64,000 nucleotides of DNA. It comes from Dudresnaya verticillata. Its lineage: Eukaryota. Location of the stretch: assembly GCA_977862235.1 (NCBI GenBank), contig OZ374557.1, positions 4,092,001 through 4,156,000 on the forward strand, written 5' to 3'. Both the position numbers and the translations under genes were made by a program. Positions within the stretch are counted from its first letter, which is position 1, and the number at the start of each line of letters is the position of its first letter. The notes under the pieces are model-generated. The model had not been told where the DNA came from and ran no database searches. It saw nothing but the letters and a program-made list of their open reading frames with translations. Below, piece by piece: positions 13,201-23,000 of this stretch.

Positions 13201-16200
13201 ACCGGAAGCGATTGCATGTGCGGTATCTGCTGCCACGGCTCACGCTGGTCTATGGCTTCTGAAAGTCCTTGAACGCGAAGATGGTGCGTTTGCTGTTGCT
13301 GCGGATGCTCTGTCTGTTCTGGCTGGGAATGTTCTCTGCCCGGGAACTGAACGAATGGCTCAGGTCCTGAGCGGGCTATTGTCAGGAAAGTCGTCAGTTC
13401 GCGATGCTGCCCTTGGTGCTCTTTTCCAAATGCCGTACTTATCCCATGGAATGGAATGCCCACGAGATTCTGCTCTTGGTCGAACACTGTGGCTTTCTCG
13501 CTTTGATCCGGATACCGCGAATTCTGACCTTGCGGATCAGTTGTGGAAAAATTACAACCATTCACTTGATTTTCAAGAGGACATACCTGCAATGCTGGGA
13601 CTACTTGGTCACAAGGAGTTTGATATTCGAATGATGGCTAGCAAGGCCATTGCTACTGCCATGAGTATAGGTGTGGACAATTGCACACGAGATGCGCTTG
13701 TTTCGCAGCTTCTTTCCATGTATATGCAAAGGGTTCCGATGGAGAACGCCCATAGTCGTCAGTTGGGGAGAGGGTCCCGGGCGTCCCAAAACCCCAGGGT
13801 AGACGTCATGAGAAAAGGATCGATTGCTGACCCTGTTGACAGCGGCTGGCCGTTGAGGGAGGGTGTTGCCCTTGCCATTGAGAACATGGCTTGCGTGAAT
13901 GTTTTGAATGTGGGGAATGTCACTCAATGTTTTGCGCTCTTGTCCCGTCATGGCCTGGGAGACACTAATGACTGTGTGCGTGGGAGAATGTCAAGAGCAG
14001 CAAATGCTATTGTCACTGCTGCAGGTGCAGATGGGCCACGTCACCTGCTTCCAATCATTGAGAAGGAGTTACAGGCGACTCTGTCGACCTCTGAGCCTGT
14101 CAGCGATTGTGAGCATGCTGAGAGAACCCGTGAAAATCTCGTCATGTGCTTGGGATTGGTTGCTGAGTACCTTTCTACAGACGACACTCGAGGTGATGCA
14201 ATAACAGACCTTGTGATCCGATGTGCACTAGAGACAAGATCAGAGGTGGTCCGGATTGCCGCTGCGGGCTGTCTTGCATCAATTTTCCGGGCAGGGTTAA
14301 GTTCGAATAGGGAGGAAGAGACCACAGAAAGCCTCCTGGGGATGACTTTGAGTGAATTTGTGGGACAGCATGAGAGGAGAGGAGCAGCATTCGCGTTGGC
14401 GGGTATTTGCAGGGGGTTCGGGTTGAAGTTCCTTAGACGCTGGAACATTGCTGCTGCTATCCAGCAATCACTGAAGGACAAATGCGCGCCTCGGCGACAG
14501 GGTGCGCTGATCTTTATTGAAACATTTGCGGGGGTGTTGGGCAGATCGTTCGAGCCATATACGGCGAAGTGTTTGCCTTTCTTGCTGTCATCTATGGGTG
14601 ACTCAGTAGTGGAAGTGCGGAAAACTGGCTGGGCTGCCGCCCAAGCAACAATGTCTAAGATTTCTTCTCAGGGTGCGAAGATGATTCTCCCCGCTTTACT
14701 TACTGGCTTGCAGGACCGCCAATGGAGAACAAAGGCCGCAAGTGCGGAGGTGCTCGGGGCCATGGCATTTTGTGCTCCGAGACAGTTGTCGCATTGTCTT
14801 CCTCAAATTGTTCCAAAACTTGCGGAGGCGTTGGGTGATGCCCACCCGCGTGTTGTCGATGCCGCAGAATCAGCAGTGAGCAGAATCGCTGCTGTCGTTA
14901 AGTGCCCAGAAGTGCGCAATTTGTCGCCGTTCATGCTGTCCGCACTAAGAGACCCCGCTAGGAACACAAAGGGAGCCATTGAAGCGATGCTCAGCTCTGA
15001 ATTTGTTCACGCCATTGACGCGGCATCCCTAGCGCTGCTTATGCCCGTACTTCACCGTGGTCTCCGGGACCGCTCCCCGGAGCTGAAGAAGAAGTCAGCT
15101 GCCATCGTTGGGTCCATGTGTAATAATGTGGCCAATCACCACGACGTTCTTCCGTATCTGAGCATTCTCATACCGGCGTTGCGCGCTGCGCTGTTAGACG
15201 CGATTCCAGATGTTCGACGTACAGCTGCGAGGGCGTTTGGAGCACTAGCATTGTCTCTAGGTGAATCTAACTTGCCTGGTGTGATGCCTTGGCTTATCAG
15301 TGCTTTACTGGGCAGAGTTGAGATCCTTGTGACGAACACGACCGAAAGACAGACCCGCAGGCTCCTTTCCTCTAGTGCGGAACGATACGGTGCCGCCATG
15401 GGTCTGGCAGAAGTGTCTGCATCACTTTCTGAGAAGCGACTTGATGATATGCTCGAGAAAGTCTTTTCAGCTTCTGACTCATCTCCCGCGGGGAGGGAGG
15501 GTGCCCTACTGCTCATTGGGAGTATGCCGAGCGCGCTGGGCCGAAGGTTTGAAGTCAGGCTGGCTCGAGCTCTTGTCGTGGTTTTGAAGGGGCTTGCTGA
15601 TGACGCGGATAACGTCCGTGAGGCCGCGCTCGACGCAGGGAGGAGCCTTGTTTCCGCATATGCGAGAAGCTCTCTTGAACATATTCTTCCTGAAATCCTT
15701 CGGGCTATGCGACAAAACTTTTGGCGAATACGCCTTGCTGCCACTCGCCTTCTTGGTGATATGCTGCTTGCCGTAGCTGGTACGCATACAGTTTGTTCTC
15801 CGCTAGATCTCAACAACAGAGGAAATTGTGAGATGGGAGTGTCAATAGGAGCGTCGGAACGCACATCAGCGTCAATGGCTGCTCACCCATCCGCTGTTCT
15901 GGCTGAAGAAGAAGATCTCGACTCGCCCGAAACAATTGCCGTTGCAACAACGACTGATGCAATGATGAGACACGTTCAAGCAGAATTTGGGACTGACCGG
16001 TGTAATGAAGTCCTTGCGGCATTGTATATTATCCGGTGCGACGTCAGTGTTAGGGTTCGTCAGGGAGGAATGCCAGTATGGAAAATGATCGTATCCAACA
16101 CGCCGAAAGTCTTACGGGAGATAATGCCGTCTGCTGTTCGTGAGATTATCGATGCTTTAGGCGATGCGGATAGTGAAAGAAGGACGGCTGCTTGCAAAAT

Positions 16201-18496
16201 GCTAGGTGATCTTTCGCAGAAGCTAGGAGAAGTCATATTGCCCGAGATAGTCCCGGCGCTGAAGTCTGGCGTATTAAGCCTGGTCTCGCCGCCTACATCA
16301 CGAAAAGGGGCAGCCGAAGGGCTACGAGAGTTAGTCATAGTGAGTCCAGGCTATCAGCTTAATGCGTATACAGCTGATGTGGTGGACACGGTTTATCACG
16401 GACTATGCGATGATGACGCATCTGTTCGCGCAGTTTGTGCGGATGTGTTCTCGTTGTTGCTCAGATCACTTGGTTCTCTCGCAGTTGACTCAATAGTCCC
16501 CATACTAATTGATGGACTGTCTGATGAGACTGAGGGCGAGAAAACTGCTCCCGTACGTTTCTTGAAAGCGTTGAGGCAGATCATGATCGCAAGTGGGCCT
16601 CGACTTCTGACACTGGTCGTCCCCGGCTTGCTTAAGGAAGGGAATCTGAGCATCGCTGCATCCAGGGCGCTGACAGTAGCGGCTGAAGTAGGAGGGACCA
16701 CGTTCGAACCACATATTGCGGGAGTTACGGAAGCCATTATTCGCAGTATTGAAAGTGGGCATACGGAAGGGTTTGAAGAGTTGCTAGCTGCACTCATGTC
16801 TTGTGGTGATCGGTCTTTGGAGCTGTTGCAAGAAGAATTGTTGTCGAAGCTCGAATGTTGTGTTGATCGGAGGGTTGCCGCGTGTACAGCGTGTGCTATT
16901 TTGTGCAGGGCATCACAGCAGCATGGAGTCCCTCTTGATTCGAAAAGCTTCTTGGAAGCATTTATTTGTCAGCTTGCAGACACTGACGAGCGAGCATCAT
17001 ATGCTGCATGGATGGTTTTGAAGGAGCTTTCAGTTGCAGTTCCAAATCGGGTCCTTAGTACTCATATTCCACTAATACGGCAAGCCTTGCGCTCAGCCTC
17101 AACACCGAAAGCGGGAGGAGACCAACACCGTCGAATACAACCTCTGCATCAACCGAACGCAGCGAGCCCCTTCATCCCGATCTTTACCGATGGCTTGCTC
17201 TTTGGAGAAGCTGAGCAGCGGGAACAGGCGGCTCTAGCTATTGCTGAATTAGTGGAGATCTCCGGCAGGAAGAGCTTTGAAAATTTCGTTGTCAAACTGA
17301 CCGGCCCCCTTATCCGAGTCATGTCGACGCACTTTCCTTGGCAAGTGAAGGGGGCTGCACTGGAGGCACTCGCACAGTTGCTGAACCGAACCCCAGAGAA
17401 GTTGAAGGCTTTTCTGCCGCAGCTCCAGAATATCTTCGTGAGGAGCTTGAGCAGTAGGAGTGCCCTCGTACGGAAGCGAGCGTGCAGTGGTTTAGGAGCC
17501 CTTGTTTCGCAAAAGATTAGATTGGACGGGTTGCTAGACGAGCTCATCTCTCTCAGTGCGAGCTCTGAGTTCTCTGGAACCAGAGCCAGTGCGCTCTACG
17601 CATGTTACACGTTGCTGCGATTCGGAACGCCGCCGTCGGAAAACAACACAACCTCAGTTCTTGCACGCATTGTTGATAGACTGGCTGATGATGATGAGGT
17701 TGGAACCGCAGCGGGGCTTGCTCTCGGGAGGCTGGCGATGTTATCTACAAGCTGTGAACAGTATGAGGCACATATCGACTTCGTTCAAAGCAAACTTGAC
17801 TCGGACAGGCTGGAAGCCCGCTATCAGGTTCAAATCCTGAAATCAATCGGTGCTGTGTTCTTGGCGGGTCTACACATACCTGGCCTTCGGTTCATCCACA
17901 TCGCACGGTCATTCCAAGCGGTGAATAACGAATTCGAAAGCACAAGTGCATCAATCAAAATTGCATGCTGTTCTACTGCGGCGGAATTGGTTGCGCTACT
18001 AAGGAATCGCGTTGCTAAGGAGCAAAACTGCGACCAGCAGACAAGAGCAACAGTGCTACGGATTATGAAATGCACTGGCTTAGATGCTCAATTGGATGTT
18101 CGCTTGGCGGCCTTGGAGGCACTTCGAGGGATTGTCACATTGAACTGTACAGAGTTGACGACATGTGCACGTAGCTTTGTTCTTTGTGCGCGGGACAAAA
18201 ACATTGCGTTGCGACGGGCCGCAGATCAGATTTTCAGGGGCGCTTTCTTCTCCGGACAGGAAGCTATTGAAGTGCATGAAAATATTGTACTAGCCAAGAA
18301 GGGCTTGGATGAGCACAGTCAAAGATTTCTGGACGCTCATATTAGCTACATTCGGGCAGATGTTGTTCTTGAGGACCAAGAGACATCACTTGGTGCAAGA
18401 ATTAATCTTCTTGCCGGAAGGAATCCTGGGGTTGGAGACACTGGGTTGATTGTACAGCAGAGCGATGGGGAAAGCGGTTGTAGGGAAATGCCATGA
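10295..18496 (+). CDS. GCN1: eIF2-alpha kinase activator GCN1 (HEAT-repeat protein), no intron apparent, ~2730 aa
   Basis: Characteristic GCN1 blocks: LGDTNDCVRGRM, ISSQGAKMILPALLTGLQDRQWRTKAASAEVLGAMAFCAPRQLSHCLPQIVPKL, FVHAIDAASLALLMPVLHRGLRDRS, WKMIVSNTPKVLREI, KLTGPLIRV, LKAFLPQLQ. The first ATG is at 10295; an upstream exon cannot be excluded. Confidence 0.95.
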   Translation: MTVLYLGASLPALVSCSRALPASLAESLLLNITVFPDRLSIAHACALLSRSPPPTISKLKANLEALVCNARRSQLSSDDTLKLVYAASLLFSVESLQLPCLSLLLTALEVLEGVRPSSQPLDETPARIMSSAYAMALSSLRPNISALTESLFDVLTHLTQPVPSAIIALALLSGLSESLCARDRERLVISATKVSVKGGLRVTERVTKLCAIPLRCADTELVAKGVLPILEKALLREPEMALPAATRLLSALSSICIVSCGTNNRLFTAVLCAVRSAEDITRIQGTELASVLGLRMRGPDIVSDGLSCLCKFLFGAKYSYQRATALDAISALSCSALKKNPHCIAPVVTTLESVLSWTRRRDCNAEGRFAGVRSVTRISAALLGVLKDTEPRPTVLEGSCVFLTNVLKGMTSDLEREVLLRLLTDTQQVFPLPISFFGDEGIQALENLLYCSSKPRPEARLRALTLLCDWTDRDGKGNNRHRDAVGQNLVSNSKIPCLLVESSRNPSVSLVICILRSCGWMIQRCRRAAEIALSVLFKLCLDDRADVSEAALKQVASIRVSANDSLSRMLFSVLWRTQFVGGTTGRGNFRFYDEGACKERLGRTLLATLLPSVPCTLRPLVSLAANHPRICGVQSFMTSRTWSSRYWHIIERSFGLYKCSRSERENWLEKCLCTIFGPEGFQNEDSSASSGALNTLAALLASGNWCSAHVVQRSILYLRLLVPSTWQLSLEAPTVSHSIEDMESRWNGNSCALSPEWIRNGRACGIGQSFFNFRCGQEAPSAVGRARMPEAGGASAKVTLLKMHPHDAAKALKVSRRILEAVGAFSKVTPQGMLNATGSILSLLNTFVRFEKLEQPCRHAISTVSQTGSQRLAHLFTDISNCLYDLGNDLALADWSIIARIIGHLDGIVPPNLCVRDFSLISPIIRAALTYEFSLLSEGTKRSGSVNQGRRNYVSVVKAAVQILLLHCKPEAIACAVSAATAHAGLWLLKVLEREDGAFAVAADALSVLAGNVLCPGTERMAQVLSGLLSGKSSVRDAALGALFQMPYLSHGMECPRDSALGRTLWLSRFDPDTANSDLADQLWKNYNHSLDFQEDIPAMLGLLGHKEFDIRMMASKAIATAMSIGVDNCTRDALVSQLLSMYMQRVPMENAHSRQLGRGSRASQNPRVDVMRKGSIADPVDSGWPLREGVALAIENMACVNVLNVGNVTQCFALLSRHGLGDTNDCVRGRMSRAANAIVTAAGADGPRHLLPIIEKELQATLSTSEPVSDCEHAERTRENLVMCLGLVAEYLSTDDTRGDAITDLVIRCALETRSEVVRIAAAGCLASIFRAGLSSNREEETTESLLGMTLSEFVGQHERRGAAFALAGICRGFGLKFLRRWNIAAAIQQSLKDKCAPRRQGALIFIETFAGVLGRSFEPYTAKCLPFLLSSMGDSVVEVRKTGWAAAQATMSKISSQGAKMILPALLTGLQDRQWRTKAASAEVLGAMAFCAPRQLSHCLPQIVPKLAEALGDAHPRVVDAAESAVSRIAAVVKCPEVRNLSPFMLSALRDPARNTKGAIEAMLSSEFVHAIDAASLALLMPVLHRGLRDRSPELKKKSAAIVGSMCNNVANHHDVLPYLSILIPALRAALLDAIPDVRRTAARAFGALALSLGESNLPGVMPWLISALLGRVEILVTNTTERQTRRLLSSSAERYGAAMGLAEVSASLSEKRLDDMLEKVFSASDSSPAGREGALLLIGSMPSALGRRFEVRLARALVVVLKGLADDADNVREAALDAGRSLVSAYARSSLEHILPEILRAMRQNFWRIRLAATRLLGDMLLAVAGTHTVCSPLDLNNRGNCEMGVSIGASERTSASMAAHPSAVLAEEEDLDSPETIAVATTTDAMMRHVQAEFGTDRCNEVLAALYIIRCDVSVRVRQGGMPVWKMIVSNTPKVLREIMPSAVREIIDALGDADSERRTAACKMLGDLSQKLGEVILPEIVPALKSGVLSLVSPPTSRKGAAEGLRELVIVSPGYQLNAYTADVVDTVYHGLCDDDASVRAVCADVFSLLLRSLGSLAVDSIVPILIDGLSDETEGEKTAPVRFLKALRQIMIASGPRLLTLVVPGLLKEGNLSIAASRALTVAAEVGGTTFEPHIAGVTEAIIRSIESGHTEGFEELLAALMSCGDRSLELLQEELLSKLECCVDRRVAACTACAILCRASQQHGVPLDSKSFLEAFICQLADTDERASYAAWMVLKELSVAVPNRVLSTHIPLIRQALRSASTPKAGGDQHRRIQPLHQPNAASPFIPIFTDGLLFGEAEQREQAALAIAELVEISGRKSFENFVVKLTGPLIRVMSTHFPWQVKGAALEALAQLLNRTPEKLKAFLPQLQNIFVRSLSSRSALVRKRACSGLGALVSQKIRLDGLLDELISLSASSEFSGTRASALYACYTLLRFGTPPSENNTTSVLARIVDRLADDDEVGTAAGLALGRLAMLSTSCEQYEAHIDFVQSKLDSDRLEARYQVQILKSIGAVFLAGLHIPGLRFIHIARSFQAVNNEFESTSASIKIACCSTAAELVALLRNRVAKEQNCDQQTRATVLRIMKCTGLDAQLDVRLAALEALRGIVTLNCTELTTCARSFVLCARDKNIALRRAADQIFRGAFFSGQEAIEVHENIVLAKKGLDEHSQRFLDAHISYIRADVVLEDQETSLGARINLLAGRNPGVGDTGLIVQQSDGESGCREMP

Positions 18497-18905
18497 TAGC
18501 CTGCACGATTAGGTCTCCCACACGTATACTAGGTAACTGCGTAAGTTCACAAACCCCCATTGTTTAGCCAAGAACGAGCCTTTTACATGAACAAGACCGT
18601 CCGGCTGGGCGCCGTACTAGTTGCGAAGCTCTTTATGATGTTTTTTGGCGGTGTATCATGGCGCCCAGGGTGCGGCGCGTGTCAGTCAATATGTAGTGAC
18701 CCAATTACCGCGCTCTATACTCACCACGTCGCGTATACTCAACTGCTGATTGGTCGCTCTTGGCCAATACATTCACTCTATACTCAAAATATAGAAAACC
18801 TGGCACAGGCATTGGTCCGCGGCCATTTCGTGACAACAGTGACTAATGGTAACGCGTTTCAAATCGGAACGGTCGGAAAACGCGCGGGTGTGCAGCCGCG
18901 ATTGA

Positions 18906-19029
18906 TGTAAGATACTGTAATGCGTACGGATCCCATGAGTACTTAAGGATCGTCCGCCCGGTGTCCTCCCCCTCTAGCCATCAATAATTACCATCTTCCA
19001 TTCCCGTAAAGGACCCACACCATCTCATA
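18906..19029 (+). repeat. Copia 5' LTR (124 bp, TG...TA)
   Basis: Identical to 25889-26012; immediately followed by the PBS. Confidence 0.97.
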
Positions 19030-19037
19030 TGGTAGCA
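19030..19037 (+). promoter_or_regulatory. Primer binding site TGGTAGCA (initiator tRNA-Met type)
   Basis: TGG-starting motif abutting the 5' LTR, complementary to a tRNA 3' end ...UGCUACCA. Confidence 0.75.
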
Positions 19038-19229
19038 TCGACCTGAGGCAAGACTACTTCAGTCTCTCAGTTGCGCTGTACAAAAGCTTTCTAGAGCGTG
19101 CGGATCAACCCTGCTAGAAGACTTTCGCAAGAAGACCGTCGACCTGTCCGATCTTCTCGCTTTCGTGTGCGTGTTGACATTGTCCAACACACGATAATTT
19201 CCCGACCTGACCGACCACAACCCCTCAAC

Positions 19230-20054
19230 ATGACCGATCCCACTCCGCTCCCGACGAGCACTGGATCAAGCCCATCAGTCGCTGAGTCTTTCAGCTCGGA
19301 GGCTGACCTCATTTGGCAACTCTTGGAACGTGACAGCGTCCTTCCGGACCTCGTCCCATTCTGGCCAGGTGAGAACGCCGTTTCTCTCCGCGACAAGATC
19401 ATTCCGCCGCATGACCCATCCGCCGGTCCGATGCCGATTGGTTTTGCCTACTTCATCGTCAAGGATCTACGTACCATGCCACTCGAGCACCGCACAAGTC
19501 GTGTCTCGAAATTCATCTCGAAGGGTTCTCTCAAGGACTACCACGAGACATGGGAGTCGATTCTCCATTCCTTCCTCATCGTCTACTGCAACAGTCAGCG
19601 TACGCACACTCGGCGCAAGACGCGACTGCAATGTATTCACGATACAGTGGATGGCTACGACCTGTATCGCGAATCTGAAGATACCGCGACATCGGAAGAC
19701 AAAGACATTGTCGATCCGATCCCGACCGGGAACTTCAAAGCAAAGTTCGAGGAAGCCCGCCTGCTCGACCATGGCCAGGAACATGGTAGCAAACCTACCC
19801 CGATCGCCACCGATGCGAACGAAAACTCCAATGAGAGGTACAGCAGCTCGGTTACCGATCTGCAGAAGAGCATTCAGGCAATGACGTCTCTCTTTCCTTC
19901 CGAATCGCGTATCACTGGAGAAGAATCCGAGACTTTCAACGTCAAGCTTGCGCCGATCGTCCAGCAAATGGAAGCTCTCCGAATCGCCCGGAGCACCGTT
20001 CGACAGTTTTGTTTTCACTTCTGCAAGGCAAAGCTCGCGAAACAGCTTCGATGA
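19230..20054 (+). CDS. Copia Gag, N-terminal part; frameshifted relative to the downstream gag-pol near 19985-20010
   Basis: ATG at 19230 (MTDPTP). The protein-like reading continues in the -1 frame as PEHRSTVLFSLLQGKARE. Confidence 0.7.
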   Translation: MTDPTPLPTSTGSSPSVAESFSSEADLIWQLLERDSVLPDLVPFWPGENAVSLRDKIIPPHDPSAGPMPIGFAYFIVKDLRTMPLEHRTSRVSKFISKGSLKDYHETWESILHSFLIVYCNSQRTHTRRKTRLQCIHDTVDGYDLYRESEDTATSEDKDIVDPIPTGNFKAKFEEARLLDHGQEHGSKPTPIATDANENSNERYSSSVTDLQKSIQAMTSLFPSESRITGEESETFNVKLAPIVQQMEALRIARSTVRQFCFHFCKAKLAKQLR

Positions 20055-23000
20055 TACCGCTGCACAACACCACTCTGGATTCATTCGTCGAAGAAGTCTC
20101 CAAGACCATACTTTTCGATCCGGACATTCAAGAAAGACGAGTCACCCGTTGGAATAACCTCAAGTACTCCGATCTCCGCTCCAAGGCATCTACTGAAGAA
20201 GAAGCTACACGAGAGTGCATCAAGCACACCAAGAACCATCAGCTCGATCTTCCATTGCACATGCGTTCCGAGCAACTCTTACCCTCCCGTCTTCGAGAGA
20301 TATTCCGATTCATCCCCTGGTGTGAAACACTGTATCACCGCAGTACCCTCATGGAAACGCCAGCGTCTTTTGGGAGCAAACTCATCTCCGCTGCGTCCAA
20401 CTCGGATCTTCGCAGTAAGAACACTAGTAGCAGCTCGAAGGCCATAACGCCTTACCCCGTCTACCAGCCAGCGTCTTCAACCCCACAGCAGCCGGATCAT
20501 GGAAATTCTTTATCCAACGCGTCAACGTTGGCAGCATTCTTCGCCAAAACACCTCCACCTCCGCGTCACCGCAGACCGCAACGTTATCAAAGCTACCGGT
20601 ATCACAGATTTGGCAGCAACTATGACAACCGACGACCGACACGCCCGCCTCAATATCGACAACCCTATTCGTACGGCTCTCGCCAGTCATACAACTCCGG
20701 AAGACCATCGTTTCAGAATCGCGCGCCGCCTTTCCTCCGCCGCGGTAAGAAACTCTGCTATGGTTGTGGCAAAGAAGGTCACTTTCTACGTGACTGCCCC
20801 GAGAAGGCCTACCACAATCAGCGCCTCACCCACCTAGCCAACATTGGACACGCTGCAACCTTCCTCATGGAACATGACGCCGAAGAGTGTTCGGATGACC
20901 ACAGCCAGGTTCTACAGTTTGTGAAAGAAAACGCGAACTCGACAGGTATCGAGCCCGACATCGACGACGCAGAAGATACGAGCCATTTCCATGCGTGGAT
21001 CTGCGATCTCTTAGAGACTTATGACTCTGTCACCTCTACCGCAGGAAACTCGTACCACGTCAAGCTTTCTTTGCCCGAACTGGAAACCGCTATGCGCGAA
21101 CTCGTCTTCCACGCTATAACGCAGAGAAGGAACATGATACTCATCGACACTGGAGCCCCGAAGACAATCTGTAGCATCGAATGGCTTCAGAAAGCCAACT
21201 GGAATCCAGTCAAGATCGTCCAGTTGCCGGACCACATTCACCCGTTTCGCTTCGCTGGTCACCCCGTACGTGCGCTACACGGAGCCTGTCTCATCGCAGT
21301 TGTACGAGATATTGCGGGCAATCCGCATTACCTTCGCACATTTGCATTCGTACTTCCAGAGACGCCCATACCGTTTCTGACAGGATTGCAGGACCACATT
21401 CGACTTGGATTCGACCTTTGTCTCCGTGCCAACAATGGCAGTCACCTCAAAGTCAATTCGTGGAACTCCATTCTGCCCCTTGTGGTGACATCTCATCTCT
21501 GGCTACAGTTCGAAACGTGCAACTCCGATCCGGACCCGAAGTTCGATTGGACTGCCCTCATCCAGAAAGCCATTGATCCCGCAACGACATCTGGTCCGTT
21601 GTATGTCAACACCACAAGCAACGGCCCAACTCAGCTTGGATCCGCACAAGATGGTATCGTCCTCGATTGTAACGGAGACCACGATTCCGCTTCAGAGGAA
21701 ACTTCGCAGGACCTCCACGACCATGCATCGCTGACAAACATCGAGAAGAATTCCTATTTCCCAGTTCCACCATGGGAACAAGACGGATGGACCTCGAACA
21801 CGACGCCAGACCAGATCACAAGGCTGCACAAGGGACTCAAGCACCCAGAGAATTCACAGATTCTCAAGCTGTTCCGACAACAGCACGGCGGAACTAAACT
21901 TCCTAGTGCCTTGGTCCACAAAATTATGGACCACAAGTGCAAGGATTGCGAAGAGCATCCTCAACTCCCACGCACACCGAAGCTCTCTATTCCGCCGGAA
22001 GCCGCCCCCAACATTGTTGTCTCCCTGGACACAATGCCGCACATAATTCGTAACAAGTCTGTGGAAATTCTCGTCATGATCGACAGCGGAGACGCCATGA
22101 TACGTCTTCGATTCCTATCTGACAAGTCCGCATTGACCGCCTTCAACGCGTATTACTCAGCCTGGATAGCATACTTTGATGCGCCACACTTCACCGTCGT
22201 TGACAGAGGATCCAACCTGGTTAACGCACTTATGGCCGACAACCTCCGCCAGGTGCAATCTCAGCTCTGCCCGATTCCGACCGAAGCCCCATGGTGCATT
22301 GGCAACAACGAACGTTCGCACAAGTTCCTCCACCGTGCCATCGACAAGTTGACCAACAATCCAGAATACCAAGTTGGAAGCATGTACGAGCGTCTGCTCG
22401 CTGATGTAGAAATGGCCTGGAACTTCTGCCAGCACAGCAACAACATACTTCCACACTACCAACGATTTGGAAGCATGCCACGAATTCTTGGTGAACTGGA
22501 AACCCCCCATACAATCACGGAACGCGTTGTACTAATGGATATGGCTCGCAAGGCAACCGAACATGCGAGAGCATCCAACCTGATTCGACGTGCGCTCAAC
22601 ACGCATAAGCGTCCTGGTCAAGCACTACGCCTGTTTTCAATTCGTCAACCCGTCTGGTTCCATCGCCGCAAACATGGTTGGCGTACAGGAGAAGTTGCCC
22701 GTATCGATAGACCAACGATATACGTCAATCATCACGGCAAGTTGTTCCCAACACATGAGAATCGCGTGCGACCATACTTCGGAGCTCTATCTCTGCCTCC
22801 TCCAATCTTGCACGACGACCCAGACATTCAAGAGTACCTGGACATCCCTAATGAAGAGAACATGCCTCACCCAGGTCCCGTGACATCATCAGGAGGGGCA
22901 CCCATTTCGGAACTACTCAATGGAGTTTTCGCATGCAGTTCTCAGCCCCAAGGCCGAGATCTCTTCACCGCCTCAATAGCAGATACAAGCATCACTGTCC

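Noticed and set aside
10282..18277. Many short ORFs overlapping GCN1 (likewise those overlapping pol and the helicase)
   Set aside because: Antisense or alternative-frame shadows of long genuine ORFs.
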